Assembly (NCBI RefSeq): GCF_006345805.1
Contig: NW_021837030.1
Coordinates: 2,685 to 66,684, forward strand
Reading direction: 5' to 3'
DNA: 64,000 nt
Source: Octopus sinensis
Lineage: Eukaryota
The position numbers and the translations under genes were made by a program. The notes below the pieces were generated by a model. That model worked only from the letters and a program-made list of their open reading frames with translations. It did no database searches and had not been told where the DNA came from. Shown piece by piece: positions 38,493-49,879 of this stretch (position 1 is its first letter; each line of letters opens with the position of its first letter).

Positions 38493-38860
38493 TTTTTTTT
38501 TTCTTTATTTACCAAAAGCGCCGAACGCAAAACAAAAAGGGAACAATGCAAAGAAAGAAACTAGTGAAACTTAGCACAAAATACGTGTGTACAATAAAAA
38601 CAATTAACAATTAAGAAGAAAATTTAAACAATAAAATTTCCCAAAGTTTGGGAATTTTCCACTCGGGGACGACCAAGGAACCCCACACATCCTAATCACT
38701 CCGACTGCCAAGGGAACCTCAGACAGGTATCTCTCCCCACTTCAACTCTTCCGGCCAACAGGCGTATGTTCAGATTAGGTCTTTTCACACGGTTCATTAT
38801 CACCAAATCCACCCACCTTTGAGGATGTGTATCCCCTTTCCTTCCAACTTAATATATAAA
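38492..38860 (-). mobile_element. L1/Tx1-type 3' end with polyA
   Basis: QRWVDLVIMNRVKRPNLNIRL resembles Tx1 C-terminus; AATAAA (38509-38504) then A11. Confidence 0.7.
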
Positions 38861-39257
38861 CATATATGTACACAACACGCACACACGCACAGATGTATAT
38901 ATATATAATATATATATATATATTATATATATATATATATATATGTTTTAAGTTTCTAATTTAGTTAATGGACTTTTTTCTATAAAAAAGTTATCATTTT
39001 ATTTATTTCTTAAATAAATATTGTTTAACTCTATTTGCTTATTTATTTAACTATTATCATAACCTGAAGATTGACTATAATTTTAATTCGAATTTATTTC
39101 AATTGAATTTAAACTTAATTGTAATTCGAATTTAATTGTACCCATGAAACGTACGTAGTTTTTTTACTTATTATATTATATATTTATCATTCCTTTTATA
39201 CATTTTGAGATCTAGTTATAAGTTATATAATAAAACATTTTTTAAAATTTATATATA

Positions 39258-39291
<34 letters not shown>

Positions 39292-39298
<7 letters not shown>

Positions 39299-39562
39299 AT
39301 CACGTGACCGACCACATCGCTGGTCACAATGCGTACGCATTGTTTTAGCCTTCGAATGACGCCACCCCGCTGGCTAAGCGAGCAGGCCAACAGAAGAAAG
39401 AGTGGTGAAAGAGTACAGCAGGGATCACCCCCCCCTGCCGGAGCCTCGTGGAGCTTTTAGGTGTTTTCGCTCAATAAACATTCACAATGCCCGGTCTGGG
39501 AATCGAAACCGCGATCCTACGACCGCGAGTCCGCTGCCCTATACTACTGGGCTTGCGCCTCC
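39292..39562 (-). mobile_element. SINE: head C + tail I
   Basis: Head as 9702; different tail ending GGTCACGTGATCACGTGAT. Confidence 0.88.
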
Positions 39563-39563
39563 C

Positions 39564-39599
<36 letters not shown>

Positions 39600-39646
39600 A
39601 TATCTAATGCGTATCTTATATATCAATATATATATATATATATATA

Positions 39647-39683
<37 letters not shown>

Positions 39684-39734
39684 TATATATTATATATATA
39701 TATATATATATCATATATAATATATATATATTAT

Positions 39735-39765
<31 letters not shown>

Positions 39766-40652
39766 AATATATATATATTATATATATATATTATATAATA
39801 TTATATTATATATATATATATATATAATATTTGTTATTTATGTATTGGTTTTGTCTATACTGTTTGAGTTGCATGGTTTTATCTCTAATTCATATTGTAT
39901 ATATATATGTATATATATATATATATATATGTTATATTATATGAATATATATTATGTGTGTGGTGCGTATGTGTAATTCCTTCCTCTGTTTTCCATGTAT
40001 AGATATGTTGACCGGGTCCCCTCTCATACTGTACCTGGCTATTTGCTTCCCTTAACCTCTCTATAGTGAGTTTCAATATGCTAATATCAAACCTAAGCAA
40101 TTTTACCCAAGTTTTTCTCGATCTTCTGCTCCCACAAATTACTTCTACTAAACACTTTTCCGTTCAAACGATGTCTTCTATACTCGCCACATTTCTATAC
40201 AAACACTGTCTTCTGTATTGCACAAGACTGTCGATTCCCCATATGCGTTATTTTCTTCTCTCTGCTCAATTGTACCACGTTGTTAATTCATATTAACATG
40301 CGAATTAACATTTCGCGCACATTTACCACATTCAATGCCCACTGTTCCCTCCTATGCAATATTGCTCTTCCTCCACTGATATCATGTTATAAAATCTAGC
40401 ATTCTTGCACAGAGAGAACCCCTTTATTGCCAGTACAGCTAATAACGTTTTCCAAATCGTGCTTACTCTGTCTACTCAGGTCTCAGAATATCCACCTCCT
40501 CAGCAGATTAGTTCACCTAGATAACAGAATCTGTCAACAACTTCTAGGGATTTTTCAGAGCTTCACGAGTGTTCTTATTCCAAGCTGTTTTTGTGCACCT
40601 GCAATATACGAAGTCCTCCATTAGTCTGCTGTGAACCAATTGCATATATTCT

Positions 40653-40911
40653 GCAGGTATCGCCAAGCTTTAGGCAAAATTTGGTTCAGATTCTCTGCTC
40701 AAATTTCTCTGTCATGGTCAATGCGACGATCACACGCTACACACCTTTCTTCAAAGCACTTCTGTAAACAGCAGAAGTGAGCTAGAACGTTAAAGCTCAG
40801 TGCACATGCACACTAGAGGTAAAGATCAATCTTTGCAAAGCGGCTTTACTCTGCGAGCTTTAGCTTCGTTACTATGGCAACAGTCCGGATACTCATTGAT
40901 CAGACTACGTA
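40653..40911 (-). mobile_element. Mariner 5' fragment (TIR + transposase start)
   Basis: TA|CGTAGTCTGATCAATGAGTATCCGGACTG; ATG at 40715 gives MTEKFEQRI*TKFCLKLGDTC (cf. EQRxxIKFC mariner HTH start). Confidence 0.8.
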
Positions 40912-41059
40912 TATGACACGGAAACCGGGAAAATGGCCCTTATGAATCGGTATGACTGGAGAAAATAACTTTACCTTTTACTTTTACATAGGTTACCAGG
41001 TTACCAATTGCATCTGTTGTGCACCCATCCTCATCGACCCATGGGTATCATTATTTTGT

Positions 41060-41280
41060 GTCCTAAGACTCATAGGACCGGTTAACCGGTTTCTATAGCA
41101 TTTAAGTGGATCATGATCACAAAATTCCCATTGAACGAATTAGTCATTTACATCTGAGTCGACCAGACCAACGTGAAATAAAATGTTTTGCTGAAGAACT
41201 CACCACTACGCTCGGTTTGGGAATTGAAACCACGATCTTGAGATCTTTATTGCAACACCCCCAATAACTAGGTCTTCGCT
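41060..41280 (-). mobile_element. SINE head-E family, diverged
   Basis: CAACGTGAAAT..TTTTGCT.AAGAAC..GGAATTGAAACCAC matches 60931-61389. Confidence 0.7.
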
Positions 41281-42192
41281 TTATATTGGGTACACACTAT
41301 TAAATCCCTACCTTTTTTGCATACCAGGTTTAACTAAATCCGAGATAACAGTAGCCAGGTATTTTCTAAAACATGTGTTTAAGTTTACATTGAAAAATCT
41401 TGATTCTAAGCTACCTTGCATATTTAAGAGTTAGTTTTAATTATTTGGCTCATTTGGCTGTAGGAACTTGGTCAAAAGTGTACAAGACAGCCCGCAGGTA
41501 TCTAGTCTACAACTTCCCTGTTATGACCTAGAGAAGCATCATAGACAAGATCTATTGAGGACAGAGTTCTGATGGACAGCTGCATTCACACTACATTCAC
41601 ATGTTGCTAACTCTCACCTTAGACAGCACAGCCTGCATTTTGCTTGCACAGTTCGCACAAACCATTCATTTATATCTAGTTTCCTTTGCCATTATCAGAC
41701 TATAAAACATCGAACTCTATTAAAGGCCTTCTCTCTGCCGACAATTGCTTAGTATAATTGCATATTTTTTTAGCTTTGAACTTCTTTTGCAGTTGTCTAA
41801 GAAGTCATCAGCGATAGCTCGTTCTGGTATAAACCCGTATTGCATTTCATGTAAGCTAATTCTCTTTTTAATTAGCTTTACTCTGATTCTCTTGCCCATT
41901 ACTATAACTTTGTCCATCAATTTGATGCCTCTGAACTCTCTCTTTTCAAGAAATTCTCTGTTGCCTTTGTAAACAGTTGACGATGATAAATCTTCACTGA
42001 TCATTAGGGATGACACATGCATGTTCTATTTATTTGACAAATGCCTGTCAAATATTCTCAACTTCTCCGAGGCTTTTCTTCGTGGTCAAACAGCTTCTCT
42101 TTGACCGTAGAGCTGTCAACTTCAATAGCTAGCTTTTTATGGCGCCGTCCGTCTCTCTCCACCTCTCTCTCTCTCACACACACATACATACA

Positions 42193-42248
<56 letters not shown>

Positions 42249-43165
42249 TACACATGCAGTCTCTTTGTCCACTAACCAATTCGTAGTCGCATTTCCAAGC
42301 CTCTTTCTTTATCGGCAACATAGAAAGCAAGTGCATACGCCGCAATTCCAAACTCTTTTCATCAATGGCGCCCTTCCTGCTCTGCAATCTGGAATATCAT
42401 ATGCTTCTGATCTTCTCGTCGCAGAACATTGGAAAATTACCCTTTTTCTGTTTCTCTCTTTACTAAATGTATTTGATGTTTAGCTTCTCTTCTATTTACC
42501 GTTCTTTTCAAACCTGTTATAGTTCTATCTACAGTACCATTCCACCCCAATATATCACGTTCAACCTGGCTGGAATCTTCTTTCATCCACGGTCCTGCTA
42601 GACGGTACTCAGTAAGTTGTCTCGTATAAACTCTTAGCAGTTTTCTTTGCTATACTTTTCTATCACCCGCTTCTTTCCTAGAATTTCTGCATAGAATTTC
42701 TTTGGACCTACATATAGTTGTGATTCTTCTATCTTTGAGTCAAGTTTGCTTTAACCTTTACGTTATTAACCATTAGGGTCTATTGAGCGGTACATTATTC
42801 ACTGAGAGAAGACTTACGATTCGCAACCACCTTTCCCGTTTCCTAGTATGAGGCCTAATTGATGCATCAGATGCCAGAAGCAGGGTTTATATTCTGCTTT
42901 CAGTTAGGAACTAGTAACTTCTTTTAATGGCTCGGATTTGATTTTTTTTTTCCGGTTTTCATATTTGTCTTTTTCATATTCGCGTTTCTCCACATTTCCT
43001 TCGCTGATGATGCTTATGTAAACAAAATCCACCCAACTGTAACGCAAAAAGACAACCAGAAAGCCATCAACTAATCAATATGTGTGTGGAGGGATGTTCG
43101 TCAGATTTTTAAAATTTTAGGGAAACGCTCGAGGTTCAAACAGAACGTTACACTGATTCACTTAC

Positions 43166-43226
43166 CTGACTTGAGGCCCATAATTTGCTACACATTGGTC
43201 TTGGCAGAAGTAATGAAAGTCATGGT
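43166..43226 (-). CDS. Candidate internal coding exon, 61 nt, product unknown
   Basis: CACCTAG|AC...AAGTCAG|GTAAGT; one open frame (x)HDFHYFCQDQCVANYGPQV; no partner exon or family match recognised. Confidence 0.25.
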
Positions 43227-43263
43227 CTAGGTGAATAGTGTGTACCTACTTTCCGTGTGTGTG

Positions 43264-43313
<50 letters not shown>

Positions 43314-44291
43314 GCGTGTGTGTGTGCGTGTGCGTGTGCGTTTGTGTGTATATATGTGTGTGTGTGTGCGTGTGCGCGTGTGTGTGTGTGCGTGTGCGTG
43401 TGCGTTTGTGTGTATATATGTGTGTGTGTGTGCGTGTGCGCGTGTGTGTGTGCGTTTGTGTGTGTTTAGCAAAGCATAGGATAAAATACCTTGCAGTATT
43501 CATTACGACGCTGTGTGGTGAGTTCAAGTCCCACGGAGGTCAACATTACTTTTCATTCTTTCGAGGTCAATAAAAACCTACCAATCCAGTCCAGCGTGGT
43601 GGACCAGGAGAACGATAAGTACGTCAGACCATACGCCCTGCAGCATTTGTTCATGTTCCTTTCATTCTGAGGTCAATTCCTATCATGACCTTGCTTGGTA
43701 TGCTCATCCTGTCACCCAGTTTAATACCACCACCTGATAAAATGGGTGTCCTAAGTAGAGTCCACTGTGCTGTAACCCTTATGCTCAATCCACCAGTTTC
43801 AAAATACCCTCCCCTTCTCTTTCATCTGCCTCTGGAAGCCCTGTAAATTTTGAAGATCCTTGTCCTTTCCCTTCTGGTTGAAGGATTAAAAATATTAGTT
43901 TTGTAAAGGAGTTGAATTTGCTGTTGAATTGCGAGTTTGTAACAAAATGTTTGTTACTTAAAAAGTGAGGGCGCATGGCTTAGTTGTTAGGGGTGTCCAG
44001 CTTACGATCGCAAAGGCCTAAGTTCGAATCCCAGCAGCTCATTGCGTCCTTAAGAAAAATGGTTTTTCATGCTGTTTGAATCTACTCAGCTAACAAGGAT
44101 GAGTAGTGGCTGTATTTCAAAGCTGCCAGCTTTCTCACTTTCTGTGTCATGCTGCAGGGGCGTTGCCCTAGTTGCCCGGGCAACACTCTAGCCGGGTTGA
44201 TACCAAAGAAATCGGGACCAAGCTTTTTCGGGCAACGGTTTCACAGCAACACTGTTTCATATGCATATGGTCTGCTACAGCAAAGTTAGAA

Positions 44292-44402
44292 TCTCTCTTT
44301 ACTCCTTTGCTGGAACACCGCCTTTAGTCGAGCAAATCGACTCCAGGACTTATTCGTTAAAAGCCTAGTACTTATTCTATCACTCTTTTTTGCCGAACCG
44401 CT
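44292..44402 (-). mobile_element. SINE-A 3' fragment
   Basis: Matches A tail. Confidence 0.85.
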
Positions 44403-44417
44403 GTGTATTCTAAAAAA

Positions 44418-44632
44418 GGCGGCGAGCTGGCAGAAACGTTAGCACGCCGGGTGAAACGCTTATCGGTATTTTGTCTGTCTTTATGTTCTGAGTTCAAATT
44501 CTGCTTAGGTCGACTTTGACTTTCATCCTTTCGGGGTCGATAAATTGAGTACCAGTTGTGTACTGGGGTCGATCTAATCGCCTGGCCCTCTACCAAAAAA
44601 TTTCGAGTCTTGTGCCTAGGGTAGAAAAGAAT
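44418..44632 (+). mobile_element. SINE-B2, full length
   Basis: B head + tail CTGGCCCTC..AAAATTTCG..CTTGTGCCTAG.GTAGAAAAGAAT. Confidence 0.92.
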
Positions 44633-45594
44633 GCATAAAAATGTGTCCATTTGTTACAAATTGCGATTCCCACCTTGTATAGTAGTTTTTTTTCGAAACT
44701 TTTAGGCAACACCCAAAAAAATCCTGGCTCCCCCCATCTGCGCTGACTCTCCCTGAGATCTACCTTAAAGATACTTGTGTCTGTGGAATACTCAGCCACT
44801 TGCACGTTAATTTCACGAGTAGGCTGTTCCGTTGGTCGCATCTACTGGGACACGCGTCGTCGTAACCGACGGAGTACCAGCTTCTTCAAAGTTATTGCGG
44901 TATGTGATTTGGTGCGGCTGTTACTGGATTTATTGATGCGACTAAATTACTTCGTATAATGCTTACTGCTTGGTTCGAATGTAGGTACAAGTATTTGCCA
45001 GGATTTTGCTTTTCGGCGGTGCATTTCCTTTGTTATATTTCTTTGTTTCGTTGTTAAACGTTGACTTTTACATGTACGTATTGTGCGTGCGGGTGGTGTT
45101 CGTGCATTGTGTTTGAGGTTGTCTCTGATTTTCATCATGTTGGCTATTTATATCTGTACAGCAAAGATTGTACCTAATTACGTTTCCCTCTGTGAGGCTT
45201 TTACAATAAAAATTATTTTATTTGATATATTGTGTTGTAGCTGTTATTTAACGCAGGTCAGCGTTGATCGAACAGACTAAGATCAAAGGAGTTCTATTTG
45301 GAATATATTTACAAAGTAAGCGACACACATACATATCCTGTCAATTATACGGGTACTTAGAACTACATTATCCGAGATATTTTGCCTATTTTTAGGACAA
45401 TAGGGCAATGTTTTTCAACATTTTTCATCCCCGGCACTCTTATTAAAGTACTAAAACTGTAACAGTAGGTCATCATCTTCTCACTGGTTCAATTATATAT
45501 CGTGAGCAGACACATGAATACCTACAACAATCAACGAAAGCATGATTCAAGCTATCAAGCTTGCGAGTGATAGATAGTTAAGCCTTATACAAAA

Positions 45595-46120
45595 CTAGCT
45601 GACTCCGTGCCGTCAAAAATGATCGCTAATTGTAGTATTTTACATATAGACAAGAGAACGGACCCTTTCACTTTGACCGGCAGGTTTAAAAAATAGTTTT
45701 TCTTTGCAACTAAACACTTTTAAACTTTGTATACTGGTAGAATGTGTCATATAAAACATCTTTTTCTCTTGGCGTTCTTGAGAAAATTTTGTAGTTTGTA
45801 AGCTATTTCTTGTTAAATTTCTCCTATTTCGGCAATTTCAACCAATCAATGGCGTCTATTGAGGTGACTACAATTACTGCTGTTGTTTGTCAACAACAAC
45901 TTCCGGCGGTGTATATTTACGATTGTCACTCTTATTTATGACATATTTCATATCAGTTACGTTTTTATGAATAAATTATTATCGTTATTAAACTTTTATT
46001 AATAAACACATATTCTAAGTTCACAACATATGCAGTTTTAATTTTTAAAATGAGAATATCTGAAATAAACTCGACTGCTCTCAAAAACGAGAATACTAAA
46101 TATGAATCCGAACGCTCTCA
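45595..46120 (-). mobile_element. Helitron-like 3' portion, second family
   Basis: + strand A|CTAGCTGACTCCGTGCCGTCAAAAATGATCG = CTAG|T terminus with decayed CCGTC-AAAAAT-GAcgG hairpin; 5' end not found. Confidence 0.5.
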
Positions 46121-46124
46121 GAAA

Positions 46125-46353
46125 TTAAGTAAAATAAACAAGAAAAATAATCCCGAATCCTTGTCCGGTATCGGATTTATCACAAAATCTAATTAGTTTA
46201 TGCCCGTCACGAGGCCAAACATCCCTGAAAGTTTCATCCGAATCTATCCAGCAGTTCTTGAGATATCTTGCCCACGAACAAACAAACAAACAAACAAGCA
46301 AACAAACATAACTGAAAAAAATACCTCCACCTTCGCTAAAGCAGAGGTAATAA
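46125..46353 (-). mobile_element. HINE/DINE-1-like (Helentron-associated) element
   Basis: TTATTACCTC...GAGGT terminal palindrome, (TGTT)n, then GGATAGATTCGGATGAAACTTTCAGG: the HINE layout. Confidence 0.7.
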
Positions 46354-46597
46354 GGACAAAAGATAGAATATGGATGGTAATTCAAATTAATACACTGCTT
46401 AATGTTATCTAATGCTTGTTTTTTGATATGTGACATCGATCATCGTTTGTTACTGAAAGTACGCTGGTTCACACATATAAACGTTCACATAGTTCCCTTG
46501 CACACGCATACACATACACACATATACTCATACAGAGTTGAAACGCTGTTTGATTTTCCTTTTCAGCGTTGAATGTTCACCATCCCACTTCCATTGC

Positions 46598-46632
<35 letters not shown>

Positions 46633-46823
46633 CATACACGTTCACATATAGACACACATATACTCTCACAGAGTTGAAACGCTGTTTGATTTTTTTTCAC
46701 CGTAGAATTTCCATCATCCCATTGCCGGTGTGCCATCGCCTCTTCCTTCCTTATTCATCTGTCGCCCCTCCCTTTCTCATTCATATGTTACGACGGAAAA
46801 AACACAAGTGCTTTATTATAGTA

Positions 46824-47026
46824 GAGAAGAAGAAGAAGAAGAAGAAGAAGAAGAAGAAGAAGGAGGAGAGGAGGAGGAGGAGGAGGAGGAGGAAGAGGGA
46901 GGAGAAGAAGAAGAAGAAGAGAAGAAGAAGAAGAAGAAGAAGAAGAAGGAGGAGGAGGAGGAGAAGAAGAAGAAGAAGAAGAAGAAGAAGAAGAAGAAGA
47001 AGAAGAAGAAGAAGAAGAAGAAGAAG
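46824..47026. repeat. (GAA/GGA)n microsatellite
   Basis: Seen directly. Confidence 0.95.
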
Positions 47027-47129
47027 GAGCCCTGGTGCACTACTAGACAGTGGCTCTCATGGCTTCTGATTTTAACTGATTGGAAGTGTTATCATGTACA
47101 TTCTTTTGTCCCGGTATAAAAGACGGGTT
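47027..47129 (+). mobile_element. Repeat G 5' fragment
   Basis: CAGTGGCTCTCATGGCTTCTGAT..TTAACTGATTGGAAGTGTTATCATGTACATT as at 37282. Confidence 0.85.
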
Positions 47130-47130
47130 T

Positions 47131-47281
47131 TACGTTCTGCGTTCAAATTCTGCCGAGGTTGACTTTGCCTTTTGTCATTTCCGGGGTCGACAAATTAAGT
47201 ACCAGTTGCGTACTGGAGTCGATGCAATCGACCGGCCCCTCCTCCAAAACTCCGGGCCTTGTTCTTCGAGTAGAAAAGAAT
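47131..47281 (+). mobile_element. SINE-B2, 5'-truncated
   Basis: B core + B2 tail, followed by (TGGA)n. Confidence 0.88.
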
Positions 47282-47392
47282 GGATGGATGGATGGATGGT
47301 TGGATGGATGGATGGATGGATGGATGGATGGATGGGCGGATGAACGCACCAACGGACGGATGTATGTATGCATGTATACGATGTGCTTCCAC

Positions 47393-47590
47393 AGTTTCCG
47401 TCTACCAAATTCACTCGCTACAACTTATCCCAAATTCACTCACAGGATATTGGTTGGTCCCTCGGCAGTAGAAGACACCTGCTCAAGACACCCTAACTTT
47501 AACCTGTTCAAGGTGCCCAGAATTGGGATTGAACTCGAAACCGCCTAGCAGCAAAGAGAGTTTCTGAACCAGACAGCCATACCAACACCT
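47393..47590 (-). mobile_element. SINE-A 5' half, decayed
   Basis: CAGTTTCCGTCTACCAAAT..AGTAGAAGACAC.TGCTCAAG. Confidence 0.65.
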
Positions 47591-47619
47591 ATATCAACAC
47601 CATATTAACAAAACTCCCC

Positions 47620-48493
47620 AGCAACAACAACAACAACAACAACAACAATACCAACACAACTACAACAACAACGCTACCACCACCACCACCACCCCATGGC
47701 TATCCCCCTTTCCTTCCTATCATCAAAAACGTTACCTGCTTTTTCACAAACAATTCACAAATATATTGCACCATCCCATATTACACACCCAGCATTATAC
47801 ATCCCACATTTTGCATCTCACACACAAGTCCCTGATCCGTCGTTCCTCATCGCGTATCGCGTGTCCTGTTATCGACCCCTTGCATTATAACGTTTTTATA
47901 AACACCCGCTACACCATCTTATCCCTCATCATACGTCCAACATTCTATATCCATATGTCCTCCCCCCACCCTTCTTCTGCCCCGCCTAATATACACACAT
48001 TGAACTGTACACACATTTCGATCTGTTTAACATTTGCTCTGTGTGCAATCAATAAATAACAAAGCCAGAGCTTTTACACTCACATGTAGTCAAATAAACA
48101 CACACATACTCACACATTGTAGTTTCACGTATACACACATACGTGTGCATATATATAATATATATACACACACACACATGTATTCAAATAAATACACATA
48201 TACTCACACATTGTAGTTTCATGTATACACACATACATGTGTGCATATATAATAGATTTATACATACACACACACACACACACACAATCATTATATATAT
48301 ACATACAATATATATGCACACATTTAAATAACACCATATTATTTGTCGTACATGCATATAAACAGAAAACACGCACAGATATATATATATATAATATATA
48401 TATATATAATATATATATATATATATGTATGTATGTATGTACTTGTATATATATATATATACACACACAAACATATATTTATATATATATGTG

Positions 48494-48554
<61 letters not shown>

Positions 48555-49100
48555 GCATATATATATGCATTTAAGTACATAAAATACACACATTCTGATC
48601 CCTCTCTTACTACACATGGACGGAGTTGGACTAATTCTATGTACACAGTCCTAGCACTGTCCCAAGAGATATTATCTGCCGCCACAGTAGGGACTTGCAG
48701 ATATCTCACTAAATCTCTAACTGCCCATATCTCTCTCTCCCTCCCTCTCTCTCTGCCCCCCTCTCTCTCACTCTCTCTATCTATCTATCTATCTATCTAT
48801 CTATCACACTTTTACTTTCTTTATCTCTCTATCTTTCTCGTCCCTCTCCTTCCCTTCTCTTCAACTCCATCGCTACATTATCAGTCGTCTCCTCGCTTAC
48901 TAATATGTGCATATTGACACATGCAATCGCTAACAGTGCTTGTAGGCACACGTGCGTAAATACAGTAGTATAAACGCACACAGGCATATACACATACACA
49001 CATACACACAATGTGCACCCTCTATACATGCACGCATATATGTGTTTGTACGTGTGCAAATTTGTACGTATGTGTGTACCCTTGTATGTATGGGACCATA
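47620..49100. repeat. Low-complexity (CAA)n, (TA)n, (CA)n, (CT)n
   Basis: Seen directly; includes a 95-bp-period duplication at 48092/48187. Confidence 0.85.
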
Positions 49101-49669
49101 CATGACCATAGTACAATCTCGGATGTCAGTTGATCTAAGTTAATTATTTAATCACAGCGAGTGCACAACCAGTCAACAGGTAGTGGGTGCCACAACTTTT
49201 TATTTATTTGAATTTGAGAAGAATAGATCTCAAATATTCCGTATGTAGAAAATATTGAATATTTATGACAAGGAACCCCACGAGACACAAACACTATTCG
49301 TTTTGTCAGCTGCTGGTGAAATTCGAGACAGCTACTTGTTTAACCGAACGCTATATAGCCGTTGTTGACATCTCACAGGGATGAGGTAAAAACTGACCAG
49401 GAAGAAGCAAAATATCTGAGTCACATTGGCTTCAAATCTTGGCACAATGTAAACAATTTCGGGAAAGGGGGTAAGTCTGTTTCATCGACCCCAGTGCTCA
49501 ACTGGTATTTATTTTATCGACCCACCGAATTATCTTTTAATTATCTCTGAATTTACTCTTTGAATTATCACTACGATAGAACTTATTGAAGAGGTTTAAT
49601 AATAGTGAAACATGTGAAGAGTTACCTCCAGTCCTTAAAATAATATTTTGTTCATTCGATTAACATAAT

Positions 49670-49879
49670 ATTCTTTACTACACAAGGTCCGAAATTTTGA
49701 TGGAGGGGGCCAGTCGTTTAGATCAACGCCAGTACGCAACTGGTAGTTAATTTATCGACCCCGAAAGTATGAAATGCAAAGTCGACCACGGCGGAATTTG
49801 AACTCAGAACGTAATAATGGACGAAATATCACTCAGCATTTTGCCCGGCGTGTTAACGATTTTGCTAGCTCATTGCCTT
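49670..49879 (-). mobile_element. SINE-B2
   Basis: Full head, core and B2 tail. Confidence 0.9.

Larger units (their letters stand above)
40020..42900 (-). mobile_element. Decayed RTE-clade LINE, copy 2 (different family)
   Basis: FSNVLRREDQ, KKEAWKC, FRGIKLMDKV..EMQYGFIPER, VHQNSVL, SLEVVDRFCYLG, GSRRSRKTW; split by a 630-bp insertion block at about 40650-41280. Confidence 0.88.
44155..44740. mobile_element. Putative non-autonomous DNA transposon with CAG...CTG ends
   Basis: Starts CAGGGGCGTTGCC, ends GGCTCCCCCCATCTG; apparent 5-bp duplication TGCTG/CGCTG; TIR imperfect. Confidence 0.5.
43967..44879 (+). mobile_element. SINE head E + tail F, split by nested insertions at 44155-44740
   Basis: CTGTGTCATGCTG (to 44154) resumes as CGCTGACTCTCCCTGAG (44741). 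Confidence 0.85.

Noticed and set aside
49310-49385. + strand AG...GT-bounded segment
   Set aside because: Stops in all three frames.
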